Shown here: positions 55,435-64,000 of the stretch, in pieces
Layout of the letters: each line of letters opens with the position of its first letter
Numbering within the stretch: position 1 is the stretch's first letter
Translations under genes and position numbers: made by a program
Source of the DNA: an uncultured bacterium
Lineage (GTDB): Bacteria; Bacillota_I; Bacilli_A; RF39; UBA660
Length of the DNA stretch: 64,000 nucleotides
Direction of reading: 5' to 3'
Assembly: GCA_948433885.1 (NCBI GenBank)
Contig: CAOJEC010000003.1
Span: forward strand, 5,184 to 69,183
The notes under the pieces: model-generated
What the model was told of the DNA's origin: nothing
Databases searched by the model: none
What the model saw: the letters and a program-made list of their open reading frames with translations, nothing else

Positions 55435-56427
55435 TTATTTTTGACTTTCTAAATTTAACTTTTTTATAAAGGCCTGAGTATCATTTAAGACATTTACTCC
55501 CGATTTACTAGCAATTTGTAAGGCATCCTCTAAAGTTGAGTAATACCCTTTTGCAAATAAAATTCTATCCTGTAATACTTTATATCCCTCAGGACCGAAT
55601 CGAATGAATCCTATATCTCGAAAAGATAGTTCTCGTCTTGCAAAGTTTACTGGACCGAATACACATTGCTGTTCACCCAAAATATTACCATCGAAACGCC
55701 TAAATACCTGTATTGAACCATCGGATTTTAAATATACAACCCTACCTTCTTTGTGAAATCTACTAGTAAACATCGTAGATAGTGGATCAGAGCCATTCGG
55801 AAAATCGCTCAAAAATTCCCATTCTCCACCTCTCAAAATATTTTCTCTTAGTACATTCTTACACGAAATTTTATTGCCACTCATGGATAAGTATTCGAAA
55901 TTGTGATCGATCCAATTGACACAGCCGTTCTTTCCGATCATCGCCAAACCGTACTCGTTGAATTCGCTCGCTATATCGAATTTGAATGGACATATTTCTT
56001 CACCATTCCCCTTTTTAACGTATCCAAACGTACCATCTACAAATCTGACAAGTCGATACCCAAAATGAAAACTATCACTAGAATTTTCCCAATCTATTGT
56101 AAAATCTTCTGATTCGATATCATCGATAGGTTTTTCTATCGCGAAATCTCTTTGTTTATTCTCTTCGCCAAAAGTAAAAATATACCTCGCCCTTTTTATC
56201 TTTTCGATACCATCACTTCTTATAAATTCAAGATGTGATTCGATCGTGTTGAATCTTTTTGGAAACTCCACCACTATACCTCCACTCCCTATATCCATTA
56301 TAGCACAATCTCGAAAAACTGACCGATTTATTTGCGTACCATCTTCATATGAAGTATAATTGAAAAAGAAAGAGGTCGGTGCGATGAAATTCATCTTCAT
56401 AAAATTGATCGAATTGTATAGGAGCAT
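55435..56427 (-). CDS. WG/KWG-repeat-like hypothetical protein; start codon uncertain
   Basis: [44 protein letters not shown] resembles WG-containing repeats. Candidate starts are 56436, 56427, 56400, 56394 and 56298. All but the last overlap the divergent yidD 5' end. Confidence 0.45.
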   Translation of the reverse strand: MLLYNSINFMKMNFIAPTSFFFNYTSYEDGTQINRSVFRDCAIMDIGSGGIVVEFPKRFNTIESHLEFIRSDGIEKIKRARYIFTFGEENKQRDFAIEKPIDDIESEDFTIDWENSSDSFHFGYRLVRFVDGTFGYVKKGNGEEICPFKFDIASEFNEYGLAMIGKNGCVNWIDHNFEYLSMSGNKISCKNVLRENILRGGEWEFLSDFPNGSDPLSTMFTSRFHKEGRVVYLKSDGSIQVFRRFDGNILGEQQCVFGPVNFARRELSFRDIGFIRFGPEGYKVLQDRILFAKGYYSTLEDALQIASKSGVNVLNDTQAFIKKLNLESQK

Positions 56428-56590
56428 TCCATTCATCACCCATACTTATTGCAAATTCACCCCGACTTGCTCGGAATACGCACTCGAAGCATTTAGAAGA
56501 TATGGAACATTGAAAGCACTGTATTTGACTGTAAAAAGAATCCTTCGTTGTAACCCATTCGGCAAAGGTGGACATGACCCACTTCCCTAG
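56384..56590 (+). CDS. yidD: Membrane protein insertion efficiency factor YidD
   Basis: [19 protein letters not shown]...[17 protein letters not shown] is the YidD signature. The start is set at MKFIF. Confidence 0.85.
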   Translation: MKFIFIKLIELYRSIPFITHTYCKFTPTCSEYALEAFRRYGTLKALYLTVKRILRCNPFGKGGHDPLP

Positions 56591-56647
56591 GCCATAGTTT
56601 ATACGATCCAAAAAATATGATCATAACCTACTATTAGGTGATAAAAA

Positions 56648-57424
56648 ATGATAGAATTTTTTTCAAATTTAAATCCTATTTTACAAGCATTTTTAGCCAC
56701 TATGATGACATATGCCTTCACGATGGCAGGTAGTTCTTTAGTTTTCTTCTTCAAAAAAGTAAACCGCAATGTCATGGACGCCCTCTTAGGTATTGCAGGT
56801 GGAGTGATGATCGCTGCGTCTTTCTTCAGTCTTATCGCTCCAGCAATCGAAAAATGCGAAAAATTAAATCAAATTCCTTGGCTCGTCGTCTCACTAGGAT
56901 TTTTGCTAGGAGGTGTCCTTCTTTTCATCACGGACAAACTGAGCGAAAAGTATTTCGAAGACTCCTGCAAAAAGAGAAACTTCATGTTGATGCTCTCTAT
57001 CACTATGCACAATATTCCCGAAGGAATGGTCGTCGGCTTGGCCTTCGGTTCGATAGCCTACGGAAATGTCACTTTGATGAGTGCTTTCATGCTCGCTCTT
57101 GGAATCGGCATTCAAAACTTTCCGGAGGGATCTAGTATATCGCTTCCTCTTAGAAGAAGCGGAATGTCCCGTAAAAAAGCCTTTTTCTTAGGGCAAATAA
57201 GTGGCATTGTCGAGCCGATTGCCGGCGTTCTAGGAGCTATCCTCGTCCTCAGAGTCGAATGGATCTTACCCGTTTCTCTAGCCTTCGCTGCAGGAGCTAT
57301 GATCTATGTCGTCGTCGAAGAGATCATTCCCGAAAGTCAAACGAACAAAAGAAAAGACCTCATGGCCTTCTTCACGTTGATTGGATTTGTCATCATGATG
57401 GTCTTGGATGTCGGTCTAGGATAG
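56648..57424 (+). CDS. ZIP family divalent metal (zinc) transporter
   Basis: HNIPEG and the later QNFPEG motifs, and eight transmembrane segments. Confidence 0.8.
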   Translation: MIEFFSNLNPILQAFLATMMTYAFTMAGSSLVFFFKKVNRNVMDALLGIAGGVMIAASFFSLIAPAIEKCEKLNQIPWLVVSLGFLLGGVLLFITDKLSEKYFEDSCKKRNFMLMLSITMHNIPEGMVVGLAFGSIAYGNVTLMSAFMLALGIGIQNFPEGSSISLPLRRSGMSRKKAFFLGQISGIVEPIAGVLGAILVLRVEWILPVSLAFAAGAMIYVVVEEIIPESQTNKRKDLMAFFTLIGFVIMMVLDVGLG

Positions 57425-58087
57425 ACCAGAGCTCACGATATAATAACTTATATAGACTGTCGCTACACTCACAAGAGTCAACAACATGACTGCGATCAAA
57501 TTTATAAAAGCATAACCGCTGTTGGGGGTAAAAGTTACCATCTGCTGCTGTTCTGCTTTTTTTGGTGCTCTCTCGACTTTTGTGTTAGCGTCGGTCATAT
57601 ATTCCAAATTGAAATCACATATTCTGATGATCTCTCCCGTATCGTTCACCGATGTACTCAAAAAGTATTTCTTATCACAAGATAATCGAGTGTCGTAACA
57701 ATTTCCCGTATCGACGTCGTAGCTTCGTACATAGTAGCCCTCTTCTATTTCATCGAAAGGCATCAAAACGAATTTTACATTCCCCGCAATAAAACTGAAT
57801 CCATAATCGGCTTTATCGGTATATCTACTGGAATCCCATTCGTTTATATAAAGAAAATTGTTCTTTATTATCTGTCTAAGCGAAGCCATGTTGGCACTTT
57901 CAGTTAAAAGAGTGATGTTCGTAAAAGTATCTTCGATATCTCCACTCCAAATAGCTCTTGCGTATTTGATCGAAAAATAAACCCTGTTATAAAATGTCGG
58001 CATACTCTTCAGCAATTCTTTTGCACTGAGAAAAATTTGAGTATCGAAACTGATATAATATGAATACTTTTTAGGTGGTTGATTCAT
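57416..58087 (-). CDS. Hypothetical protein with a C-terminal transmembrane anchor
   Basis: A GGAGG RBS before the ATG at 58087. A single C-terminal transmembrane segment (FINLIAVMLLTLVSVATVYISYYIV). I recognise no family. Confidence 0.45.
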   Translation of the reverse strand: MNQPPKKYSYYISFDTQIFLSAKELLKSMPTFYNRVYFSIKYARAIWSGDIEDTFTNITLLTESANMASLRQIIKNNFLYINEWDSSRYTDKADYGFSFIAGNVKFVLMPFDEIEEGYYVRSYDVDTGNCYDTRLSCDKKYFLSTSVNDTGEIIRICDFNLEYMTDANTKVERAPKKAEQQQMVTFTPNSGYAFINLIAVMLLTLVSVATVYISYYIVSSGLS

Positions 58088-58121
58088 AATGTATGCCTCC
58101 TCTATTCTCGAGACAATTATA

Positions 58122-59297
58122 TCAAATAGCCTCTTTTTTAGCAAGTTTTTTGTTGATCAAATTTCCGGCAACTGAATAAATGACCGCGAACACCGGAACT
58201 CCGAAAATCATCCCGACGAAGCCGAACAATCCGCCGAATAAAAGAATCGAGAACAGTACCCAAAAACTCTTCATTCCAGTCCGGTCTCCTATCAATTTTG
58301 GCCCCAAAATATTGCCATCGAACTGTTGTATCAAAAGTATCAAAATACAAAAAGTCAAACTTTTTGCAGGACTGATGAGCAGCAACAACAATGCACACGG
58401 AACAGCCCCGATGAACGGCCCAAAATATGGAATGATGTTCGTCACTCCGACGATGACCGAAATGACCAAAGCGTAAGGAATTTTAAAAATGGAAATTACG
58501 ATGAAAGTGATCACACCGATGAGAACAGAATCGATTATTTTGGCGACCATGAACCCACCGAAAACTTTATCCACCGATTGCAAAGTAGTCATCGTCATAT
58601 CATAAAAACGCGAAGGCAAAGTAGCTTTCAAAATCTTCTTAGTGCCAGCTACAAACGAATCTTTGTCGTAAATCAAGTAAACCGAGACGATCAATCCGAT
58701 GATGATATTTATGAGCCACTTGAATAAAGAAGAAATGCCTGCCGTAATATTGACCATCAAAGTATCCATCGAAGGAAGCATCAAGGAACCAGTGAATTGA
58801 GTTATATCTGCACTCATATTGTCTACTAATCCCATCAAATCGGGATTGCTCTTCAAGACGTCTTTGAAATAGTCGTAAATGTTGTTTATGTATACGGGCA
58901 CATTCGTGAGCATCAAGTTGATACTTTCGAACAAACTAGGAACGACGAATTTAAAGAACAATACAATCAAAATGATTGCCAACAAATAAGTCGTAAATAT
59001 CGCAGTAAGCCTAGCCACTCTCGCTTTACCTTTAGCCTTTTTGAAAACTTTTTTGTAAATATAATCGACGATATACTTAGTAAAATACTTCTCGATCAAC
59101 TTGACTAAAGGGTTCAAAAGATATGCGAACATTATTCCCAAAAATATCGGAGATAAAATGCCCATCAATTTCAATAGAAAATCGAAAAGAAGCTCCAACT
59201 TCGACAAGACAAAAAAGAGAATTATAGACGCGGCTACCACTCCAAAAAGAGTCACTCCCCATTTTATATAATCGTTTTCTTTAAATTTTTCTTTCAT
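58122..59297 (-). CDS. AI-2E family transporter (PerM/YtvI-like)
   Basis: Polytopic. The C-terminal IPYFGPFIGAVP motif is typical of the family. GGGAGG RBS. Confidence 0.75.
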   Translation of the reverse strand: MKEKFKENDYIKWGVTLFGVVAASIILFFVLSKLELLFDFLLKLMGILSPIFLGIMFAYLLNPLVKLIEKYFTKYIVDYIYKKVFKKAKGKARVARLTAIFTTYLLAIILIVLFFKFVVPSLFESINLMLTNVPVYINNIYDYFKDVLKSNPDLMGLVDNMSADITQFTGSLMLPSMDTLMVNITAGISSLFKWLINIIIGLIVSVYLIYDKDSFVAGTKKILKATLPSRFYDMTMTTLQSVDKVFGGFMVAKIIDSVLIGVITFIVISIFKIPYALVISVIVGVTNIIPYFGPFIGAVPCALLLLLISPAKSLTFCILILLIQQFDGNILGPKLIGDRTGMKSFWVLFSILLFGGLFGFVGMIFGVPVFAVIYSVAGNLINKKLAKKEAI

Positions 59298-59312
59298 ATA
59301 TCCTCCCATGCA

Positions 59313-59963
59313 TCAAAATTCGAACTGTAGATCGTACAACGTATTATCGAAGCTGATTTCTATTCGTTCTATACTAGACTCGTTCGTCGTAACTCGATAA
59401 TTCTTGCCCGCACGAACATAACTGTATATTTTTTTGTCGTCGATTCTCTCGATGATCGCCGTCTTACTGTTCAAGCGAGAAAACAAAAGTTCGAAATCGA
59501 ATGCTTCTTTATCGTGTCCCAAATAGAGATCCTCGATTTTTTCTTTCTCTCCGTCATTTATTTTGTATGCCGTTCCCTCTTCGACGACATAGTAAATTAA
59601 TTCGCCTTCTGTTTCTCTAAAACCGCTCTCTTTACCACGATCGTTCTCTCCTAAGAAAGAGATTTCTTCATTTTCGGTCTTTATTTTATATGCGAATTCG
59701 TACTTGCCTTCATATAGAAGTTTTTGTTTTTCGAAATACGTCAAACTGTCCTTTGTGTCCGTCGACTCTTCTCTTTTGCTCTCCTCTTTTTGGGCGGACT
59801 CACCCGATTCCAATCCACCTTTAGAAGCAGAGTCGAATCCACCCATCGCACCTGCTACTACACACAAGATGATGACAAAAAAGAAAAACAGTAGATAGAG
59901 AGAAAACTTGAGAATTATCTTCCCTCTTTCGGTACTTTGCATTTCTTTAATCCAATTGATCAT
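59313..59963 (-). CDS. Membrane-anchored hypothetical protein with an acidic linker
   Basis: An N-terminal transmembrane segment, a Ser/Glu/Lys-rich linker, then a ~130-aa globular domain. It overlaps the fmt stop by 17 nt. Confidence 0.45.
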   Translation of the reverse strand: MINWIKEMQSTERGKIILKFSLYLLFFFFVIILCVVAGAMGGFDSASKGGLESGESAQKEESKREESTDTKDSLTYFEKQKLLYEGKYEFAYKIKTENEEISFLGENDRGKESGFRETEGELIYYVVEEGTAYKINDGEKEKIEDLYLGHDKEAFDFELLFSRLNSKTAIIERIDDKKIYSYVRAGKNYRVTTNESSIERIEISFDNTLYDLQFEF

Positions 59964-60891
59964 TCAGTTTCACTCCCAGCAAAGACTCACCCTTTATGCC
60001 GTTGAAATAATCTTTCACTTTCACTCTATTTTTCCCTTCGGGTTTGATGTCGGTTATGACGATTTCACCATCCAAAGTACCTACTCCGAATCCATCTTCG
60101 TACACTGAATTTATGGTTCCTACTTCGCCCTTTTTCTCCATATTCATTCTAGATGCATAGACCTTAACATGCTTGCCGTTCATCACAAAATACGCACCCG
60201 GCACGGAGTTTAAGCCTCTAATGTGGTCGTATACTTCTTTTGTCTTTCTATCGAATGTCACCAACTCATCATCTTTTTTGATGACATATCCAAATGACAC
60301 CTCGTCATCTTTTTGAGGAGTTCTAGTTGCAGTACCCGAAATTATACTCGGCAAGGTACTCTCCAACAATTCACTTCCCACTTTTCTCAACTTTTGACTT
60401 AATGAATCCAAAGTATCATCCAAAGTGATTTCGACATCCCTTGAAGAGATGATATCTCCACTGTCCATACCTTCGTCCATGTACATTATAGTGATGCCAG
60501 TCTTGTCAAAACCTTCCAAAATAGCTCTATGTATAGGAGCTCCACCACGCAACTTTGGCAACAAAGAAGCATGAACGTTTATAGGACCTAATTTAGGAAT
60601 ATCCAAGACAGCTTTTGGAACAATTTGACCGTACGCGCATGTTACTATCAAATCGGGTTCTACTTCTTCTATCCTAGCATAATCATCTCTAATCTTAAGA
60701 GGCGTAATCACTTCTATCCCGTGGCCCAAAGCACTCTGTTTGACAGGAGACGGCGTGATCACTCTCTTTCGACCAACCGGTTTATCGGGCTGACTGACGA
60801 CCAAGACTACAGTCGTATTTTTTATCAAGGTTTCCAAAATGGGTACAGCAAACTCAGGTGTTCCCATGAATACTACGCGTGTTTCTTTCAT
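59947..60891 (-). CDS. fmt: Methionyl-tRNA formyltransferase
   Basis: VVFMGTPEFAVP, and HASLLPKLRGGAPI (SLLP motif). Confidence 0.95.
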   Translation of the reverse strand: MKETRVVFMGTPEFAVPILETLIKNTTVVLVVSQPDKPVGRKRVITPSPVKQSALGHGIEVITPLKIRDDYARIEEVEPDLIVTCAYGQIVPKAVLDIPKLGPINVHASLLPKLRGGAPIHRAILEGFDKTGITIMYMDEGMDSGDIISSRDVEITLDDTLDSLSQKLRKVGSELLESTLPSIISGTATRTPQKDDEVSFGYVIKKDDELVTFDRKTKEVYDHIRGLNSVPGAYFVMNGKHVKVYASRMNMEKKGEVGTINSVYEDGFGVGTLDGEIVITDIKPEGKNRVKVKDYFNGIKGESLLGVKLNDQLD

Positions 60892-60940
60892 TTCAAAGTC
60901 TCCATTTCTCAATATCATTTTAACACAACTATCCCAATAA

Positions 60941-60967
60941 TAAAAGAGCCGTTACTACAAACGACTC
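60941..60967 (-). terminator. Hairpin terminator upstream of fmt
   Basis: The minus strand reads gagtcgtt-tgtagt-aacggctc followed by tttta. Confidence 0.5.
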
Positions 60968-60983
60968 CTAGAAGACTATTAAA

Positions 60984-62291
60984 TTATTCTATAGGTCTCA
61001 TTCTAAAACTTTTGACTTCTTCCTCGTGCAATAAATCTAATGAAGACTCATATAGGCGCTCAGCTTCTTCGAAATAAATATCTCCCTTTTCGATGACTGC
61101 TTTTTCCAAAGCATCTACATCTAAACCGGATATATTTCTCGGACTCAAGACATCTTCTTGTCTCACCATCAATCCTCTATTTATAGCCACCTCTCGTCTA
61201 AATTTAAAAATCTCTTTGACTACCATATCTATGAACACATCATCCCCGTGACGACTTCTCAAACTAGATACGATCTCATCGATTTCTTCGAGTGAAATTC
61301 TATTTGGAGCCAATACATCTAAAGCATACTCTTCTCTTTGGATTGGTGCATATGCTTCTTCTCTTTTCGTGTCGATAGAAACACATATTCGCCCAACTTT
61401 TTTGATGACTTCAATTTTATAGTAAATCGTACCTGCTACTCCTTTAAAACACATTGCCGAAGCGATGCCAACTCTCTTTCGAGGATTACTTCCACTCCAA
61501 TTCGAAATTGCACTCGGCACAGGCATAGAAGAATTTTCAAAGTATCGAACATTGTCCGAACAAAATCCCGATATTACAGCTCCTTTTGGATCACCCTTCG
61601 CGACGATCATTTTGTTATTTAAACCGTAAAATACTCCGCTTACTCCTCTATAAACATAGCAATCTACCTTGTCATCAATATCACCTAGAAAAAATGGTTC
61701 ACAATTGCGAAAACATTCCAATTCGCTCATGCTAGTGTCGGCATACTTGTTAAGCTTTCTTTCTAATAAAATCTTTTTATCTCGTCCATTACCATTAGAA
61801 ACAAAATCGCCTTTTGAATATACTACTCTAGTTTCTTCCGTCATGGACAACATTCCAAAACTTGTCGAAAAGCCATCGATCAATTCTAAATTGTGCCCGT
61901 CCTTCTCGATTATCATCTTACGAACGAGCGATTTCTTACTTGTCGTGCTGACACTTGGATAAAGCTGATCCATTCTATAGTCGTCACAAATCTTCGAAAC
62001 GACGATAAATCTCTCATAATTTTCTTTGTTTAACCCGAACTCAGAAGCCCGACTTGTAAATGCACTTTTATAAATCGTCATAGTAGCTCTATCCATGATC
62101 AATATAGATGGTGCTTCATCCAATTCGATCGAAACGATGCGATAATCTTCTATCCTCTCTTTGTCGATCGGAATATGAAAACACTCACATATGTCGGCTA
62201 TGCTTCTTTTTTTATCTTTCAATTCTCCTTTATATCTTTTATAATCATCTCGTAATTCATTTATTCTTTTTATTACGTCAAATTTACTCAT
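60984..62291 (-). CDS. Hypothetical cytoplasmic protein (435 aa), family not recognised
   Basis: A strong RBS (AGGGAGG) before the ATG at 62291. No transmembrane segment or signal peptide. The composition is host-like. Confidence 0.5.
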   Translation of the reverse strand: MSKFDVIKRINELRDDYKRYKGELKDKKRSIADICECFHIPIDKERIEDYRIVSIELDEAPSILIMDRATMTIYKSAFTSRASEFGLNKENYERFIVVSKICDDYRMDQLYPSVSTTSKKSLVRKMIIEKDGHNLELIDGFSTSFGMLSMTEETRVVYSKGDFVSNGNGRDKKILLERKLNKYADTSMSELECFRNCEPFFLGDIDDKVDCYVYRGVSGVFYGLNNKMIVAKGDPKGAVISGFCSDNVRYFENSSMPVPSAISNWSGSNPRKRVGIASAMCFKGVAGTIYYKIEVIKKVGRICVSIDTKREEAYAPIQREEYALDVLAPNRISLEEIDEIVSSLRSRHGDDVFIDMVVKEIFKFRREVAINRGLMVRQEDVLSPRNISGLDVDALEKAVIEKGDIYFEEAERLYESSLDLLHEEEVKSFRMRPIE

Positions 62292-62403
62292 TTTTTCCTC
62301 CCTACTTAAATTATAACAATAGCGCTCCAATAAGTAAATTATTAACCATTTTATATTCATCAAAAAAGATGACATCATAAAGAGTGCCATCTCATCATAT
62401 AAA

Positions 62404-63861
62404 TCAATCTTCTTCCAAAATTTCGTTCAATTTAAGTTTTGCACTCGTCACCGAATCTTCATCGGGATTCATGACGTACAGCTTTGTCTTTCCTGCCGAA
62501 TAAGTCACATTGCTCGCATCGGTACCTGTTGCATTTTGTACCTCGACAGTCCATTTTGGATTGTCATTGAGTTGCATCTTGGCGAGAGAAAGAATGTCCT
62601 CTTCGCTCATGTTGGTGACGAAGGATTTGCTCATCGTATCCAATATACTCATGTACTTGCTGATGATACTCGGACTAGATGCTTTTTCGATCAGAGCCTT
62701 TATCACAGCTTCTTGGTTTTCTCCTCGCGATATATCACCCAATGGTAGTTCTTTTCTCGAACGAGAGAACGCCAAAGCAGCAGCCCCACTCAAATGATTT
62801 TTGCCTTTATGAAATGTAAATCCATCGTAGCTAAAATTGTACTTGGAATCGACATCTACTCCACCCAAAGTATCGACGATTTTGACTAATGAACTGAAGT
62901 TCACTTTGAAATAGAAGTCGACATCTGTCACATAAAGATCTTCTAAAGTCCCGATAGATTCTTCGACCCCATAAATTCCTGCATGAGTAAGTTTGTCGAA
63001 AGCTTTCTTAGAATGAAGTTTAACATAGTAGTCGCGAGGTGTATTGACGAGCAATATTTTGTTCGTCTTAGGATTGACGGCCATCAAAATATTCACGTCA
63101 CTTCTAGAAACAGTTCCAATGGAACCGTAAGTATCTATTCCACTTATGTAGATCAAAAATGGTTCCTTCGTCACATCGACGTCGCTTTTCTCTATCGTTT
63201 CGTTCGACGCGACTGTGTATTCGCCCAACAACTTGAATTGTTCGAACAAGTCTTTATAATCTTCTTTGATGATGTCACTCATCGCCGAATTTATATACAA
63301 AGCTTCGATCTTCTTGTCTACTCCATCTTTGAACATCTCTAAAAAGTCGTCATATGTTTTCTCTGTTTTAAATGTCGCATGTTTTTTCAAGATTTTAACT
63401 GCCTCGTCCAAAGAATCGCTTTTGCTGTCGTAGATGCCCAAGTCGGTTTTCGAAAGTTCAGAAATACTCTCATACTTACTAGATTTCAAAACGTAAACTT
63501 CGTATCTCTCTTCCTTGACCGCGACACTTACTATTCGATCGACGAGCATCTCGGCAAAACTTATGTTGTAAGTCGCGAATGAGAATACACCGAACAAGAT
63601 TATCGACATTGCCAAAAACGGCATCTTGATGACAACCTTGAAACGTTTGTTCAATACGAACAATATGCAAAAATCTACTATTCCTATGACTGTCATAATG
63701 AGAGCCAAATATTTGAATCCCAATAAGTCGATCCTGAATAATGATATTAGAAACACAATTGTCGAGACGATCAATAAAATACTCGCTCCCTTGAACAGTC
63801 TCCAATATCTCATCGGCGTTTTCTTTTTGATTATTTTTTTTCTTACTACTTGTTTGTCCAT
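62404..63861 (-). CDS. LytR-CpsA-Psr (LCP) family cell-wall glycopolymer transferase
   Basis: N-terminal transmembrane segments. SDVNILMAVNPKTNKILLVNTPRDYYV...THAGIYG...GGVDVD...R..R are typical LCP motifs. Confidence 0.8.
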   Translation of the reverse strand: MDKQVVRKKIIKKKTPMRYWRLFKGASILLIVSTIVFLISLFRIDLLGFKYLALIMTVIGIVDFCILFVLNKRFKVVIKMPFLAMSIILFGVFSFATYNISFAEMLVDRIVSVAVKEERYEVYVLKSSKYESISELSKTDLGIYDSKSDSLDEAVKILKKHATFKTEKTYDDFLEMFKDGVDKKIEALYINSAMSDIIKEDYKDLFEQFKLLGEYTVASNETIEKSDVDVTKEPFLIYISGIDTYGSIGTVSRSDVNILMAVNPKTNKILLVNTPRDYYVKLHSKKAFDKLTHAGIYGVEESIGTLEDLYVTDVDFYFKVNFSSLVKIVDTLGGVDVDSKYNFSYDGFTFHKGKNHLSGAAALAFSRSRKELPLGDISRGENQEAVIKALIEKASSPSIISKYMSILDTMSKSFVTNMSEEDILSLAKMQLNDNPKWTVEVQNATGTDASNVTYSAGKTKLYVMNPDEDSVTSAKLKLNEILEED

Positions 63862-63915
63862 TTAAAAAACCTCACTTAACAACTATTATACGTCGTTTAT
63901 ACTGAGGTTAACACA

Positions 63916-64000
63916 TTAATTGAAAATATCTTCGTAAACTTCTGTAAAGCAATTGACAGTTTTTACTTCCATGTCTTTGAATACTTTCTTCGGAACCTTT
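63916..64000 (-). CDS. 3' end of an unidentified gene (5' part outside the window)
   Basis: The open frame ends ...KVPKKVFKDMEVKTVNCFTEVYEDIFN*. It is too short to assign. Confidence 0.3.
   Translation of the reverse strand, partial: KVPKKVFKDMEVKTVNCFTEVYEDIFN

Noticed and set aside
56345-56611. 88-aa minus-strand ORF
   Set aside because: It is antisense to yidD, whose signature is unambiguous.

Overview
This is a chromosomal segment of a low-GC (by eye roughly mid-30s %) endospore-forming Firmicute. Nearly all genes lie on the minus strand in tightly packed operons. I saw no rRNA gene, tRNA gene or CRISPR array.

Housekeeping genes I recognise:
- rnhC, holA, comEC, comEA
- rseP, cdsA, a PMM/PGM-type mutase, tmk
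- glyQS, an RNase J homologue, an ssb paralogue
- ttcA, frr, valS behind a T-box leader, miaA, tyrS
- tgt, queA, glyA, folD, ruvB, ruvA
- two S11 DD-carboxypeptidases, yidD, a ZIP transporter, an AI-2E transporter, fmt, an LCP protein

Sporulation genes: spoIVFA/spoIVFB-like pair, dacB-spmA-spmB, a cotY/cotZ-like coat gene, a yjcZ-like gene, intact sigK, and a split cotJC.

Three AT-rich insertions interrupt this backbone:
1. The end of an element carrying a large serine recombinase abuts, and splits, a cotJC-like manganese-catalase spore coat gene (1-~917).
2. A ~2.2 kb cassette sits inside comEC. It supplies a new 3' end and leaves the ancestral 3' end as an orphan fragment (4803-7560).
3. 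A ~0.65 kb insert beside the sigK promoter is bracketed by imperfect direct repeats (45196-45946).

The most striking signal is a perfect TTGACA/TATAAT promoter whose 19-nt spacer contains a G11 homopolymer (26059-26089, minus strand). It drives an 876-aa secreted protein that combines a SipW-type signal peptide, a TasA/camelysin-like domain, four Listeria-Bacteroides-type repeats and an unassigned C-terminal domain. That gene lies directly downstream of two tandem MacB-type fused ABC ATPase-permease genes. I read this as a candidate phase-variable surface or fibre locus.

Other oddities: an RNase J homologue with degenerate metal-binding motifs, an orphan HerA-like ATPase, a T-box leader that controls an HD-domain gene ahead of valS, and several uncharacterised proteins.

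All protein-family calls rest on motif recognition from memory. No searches were run.
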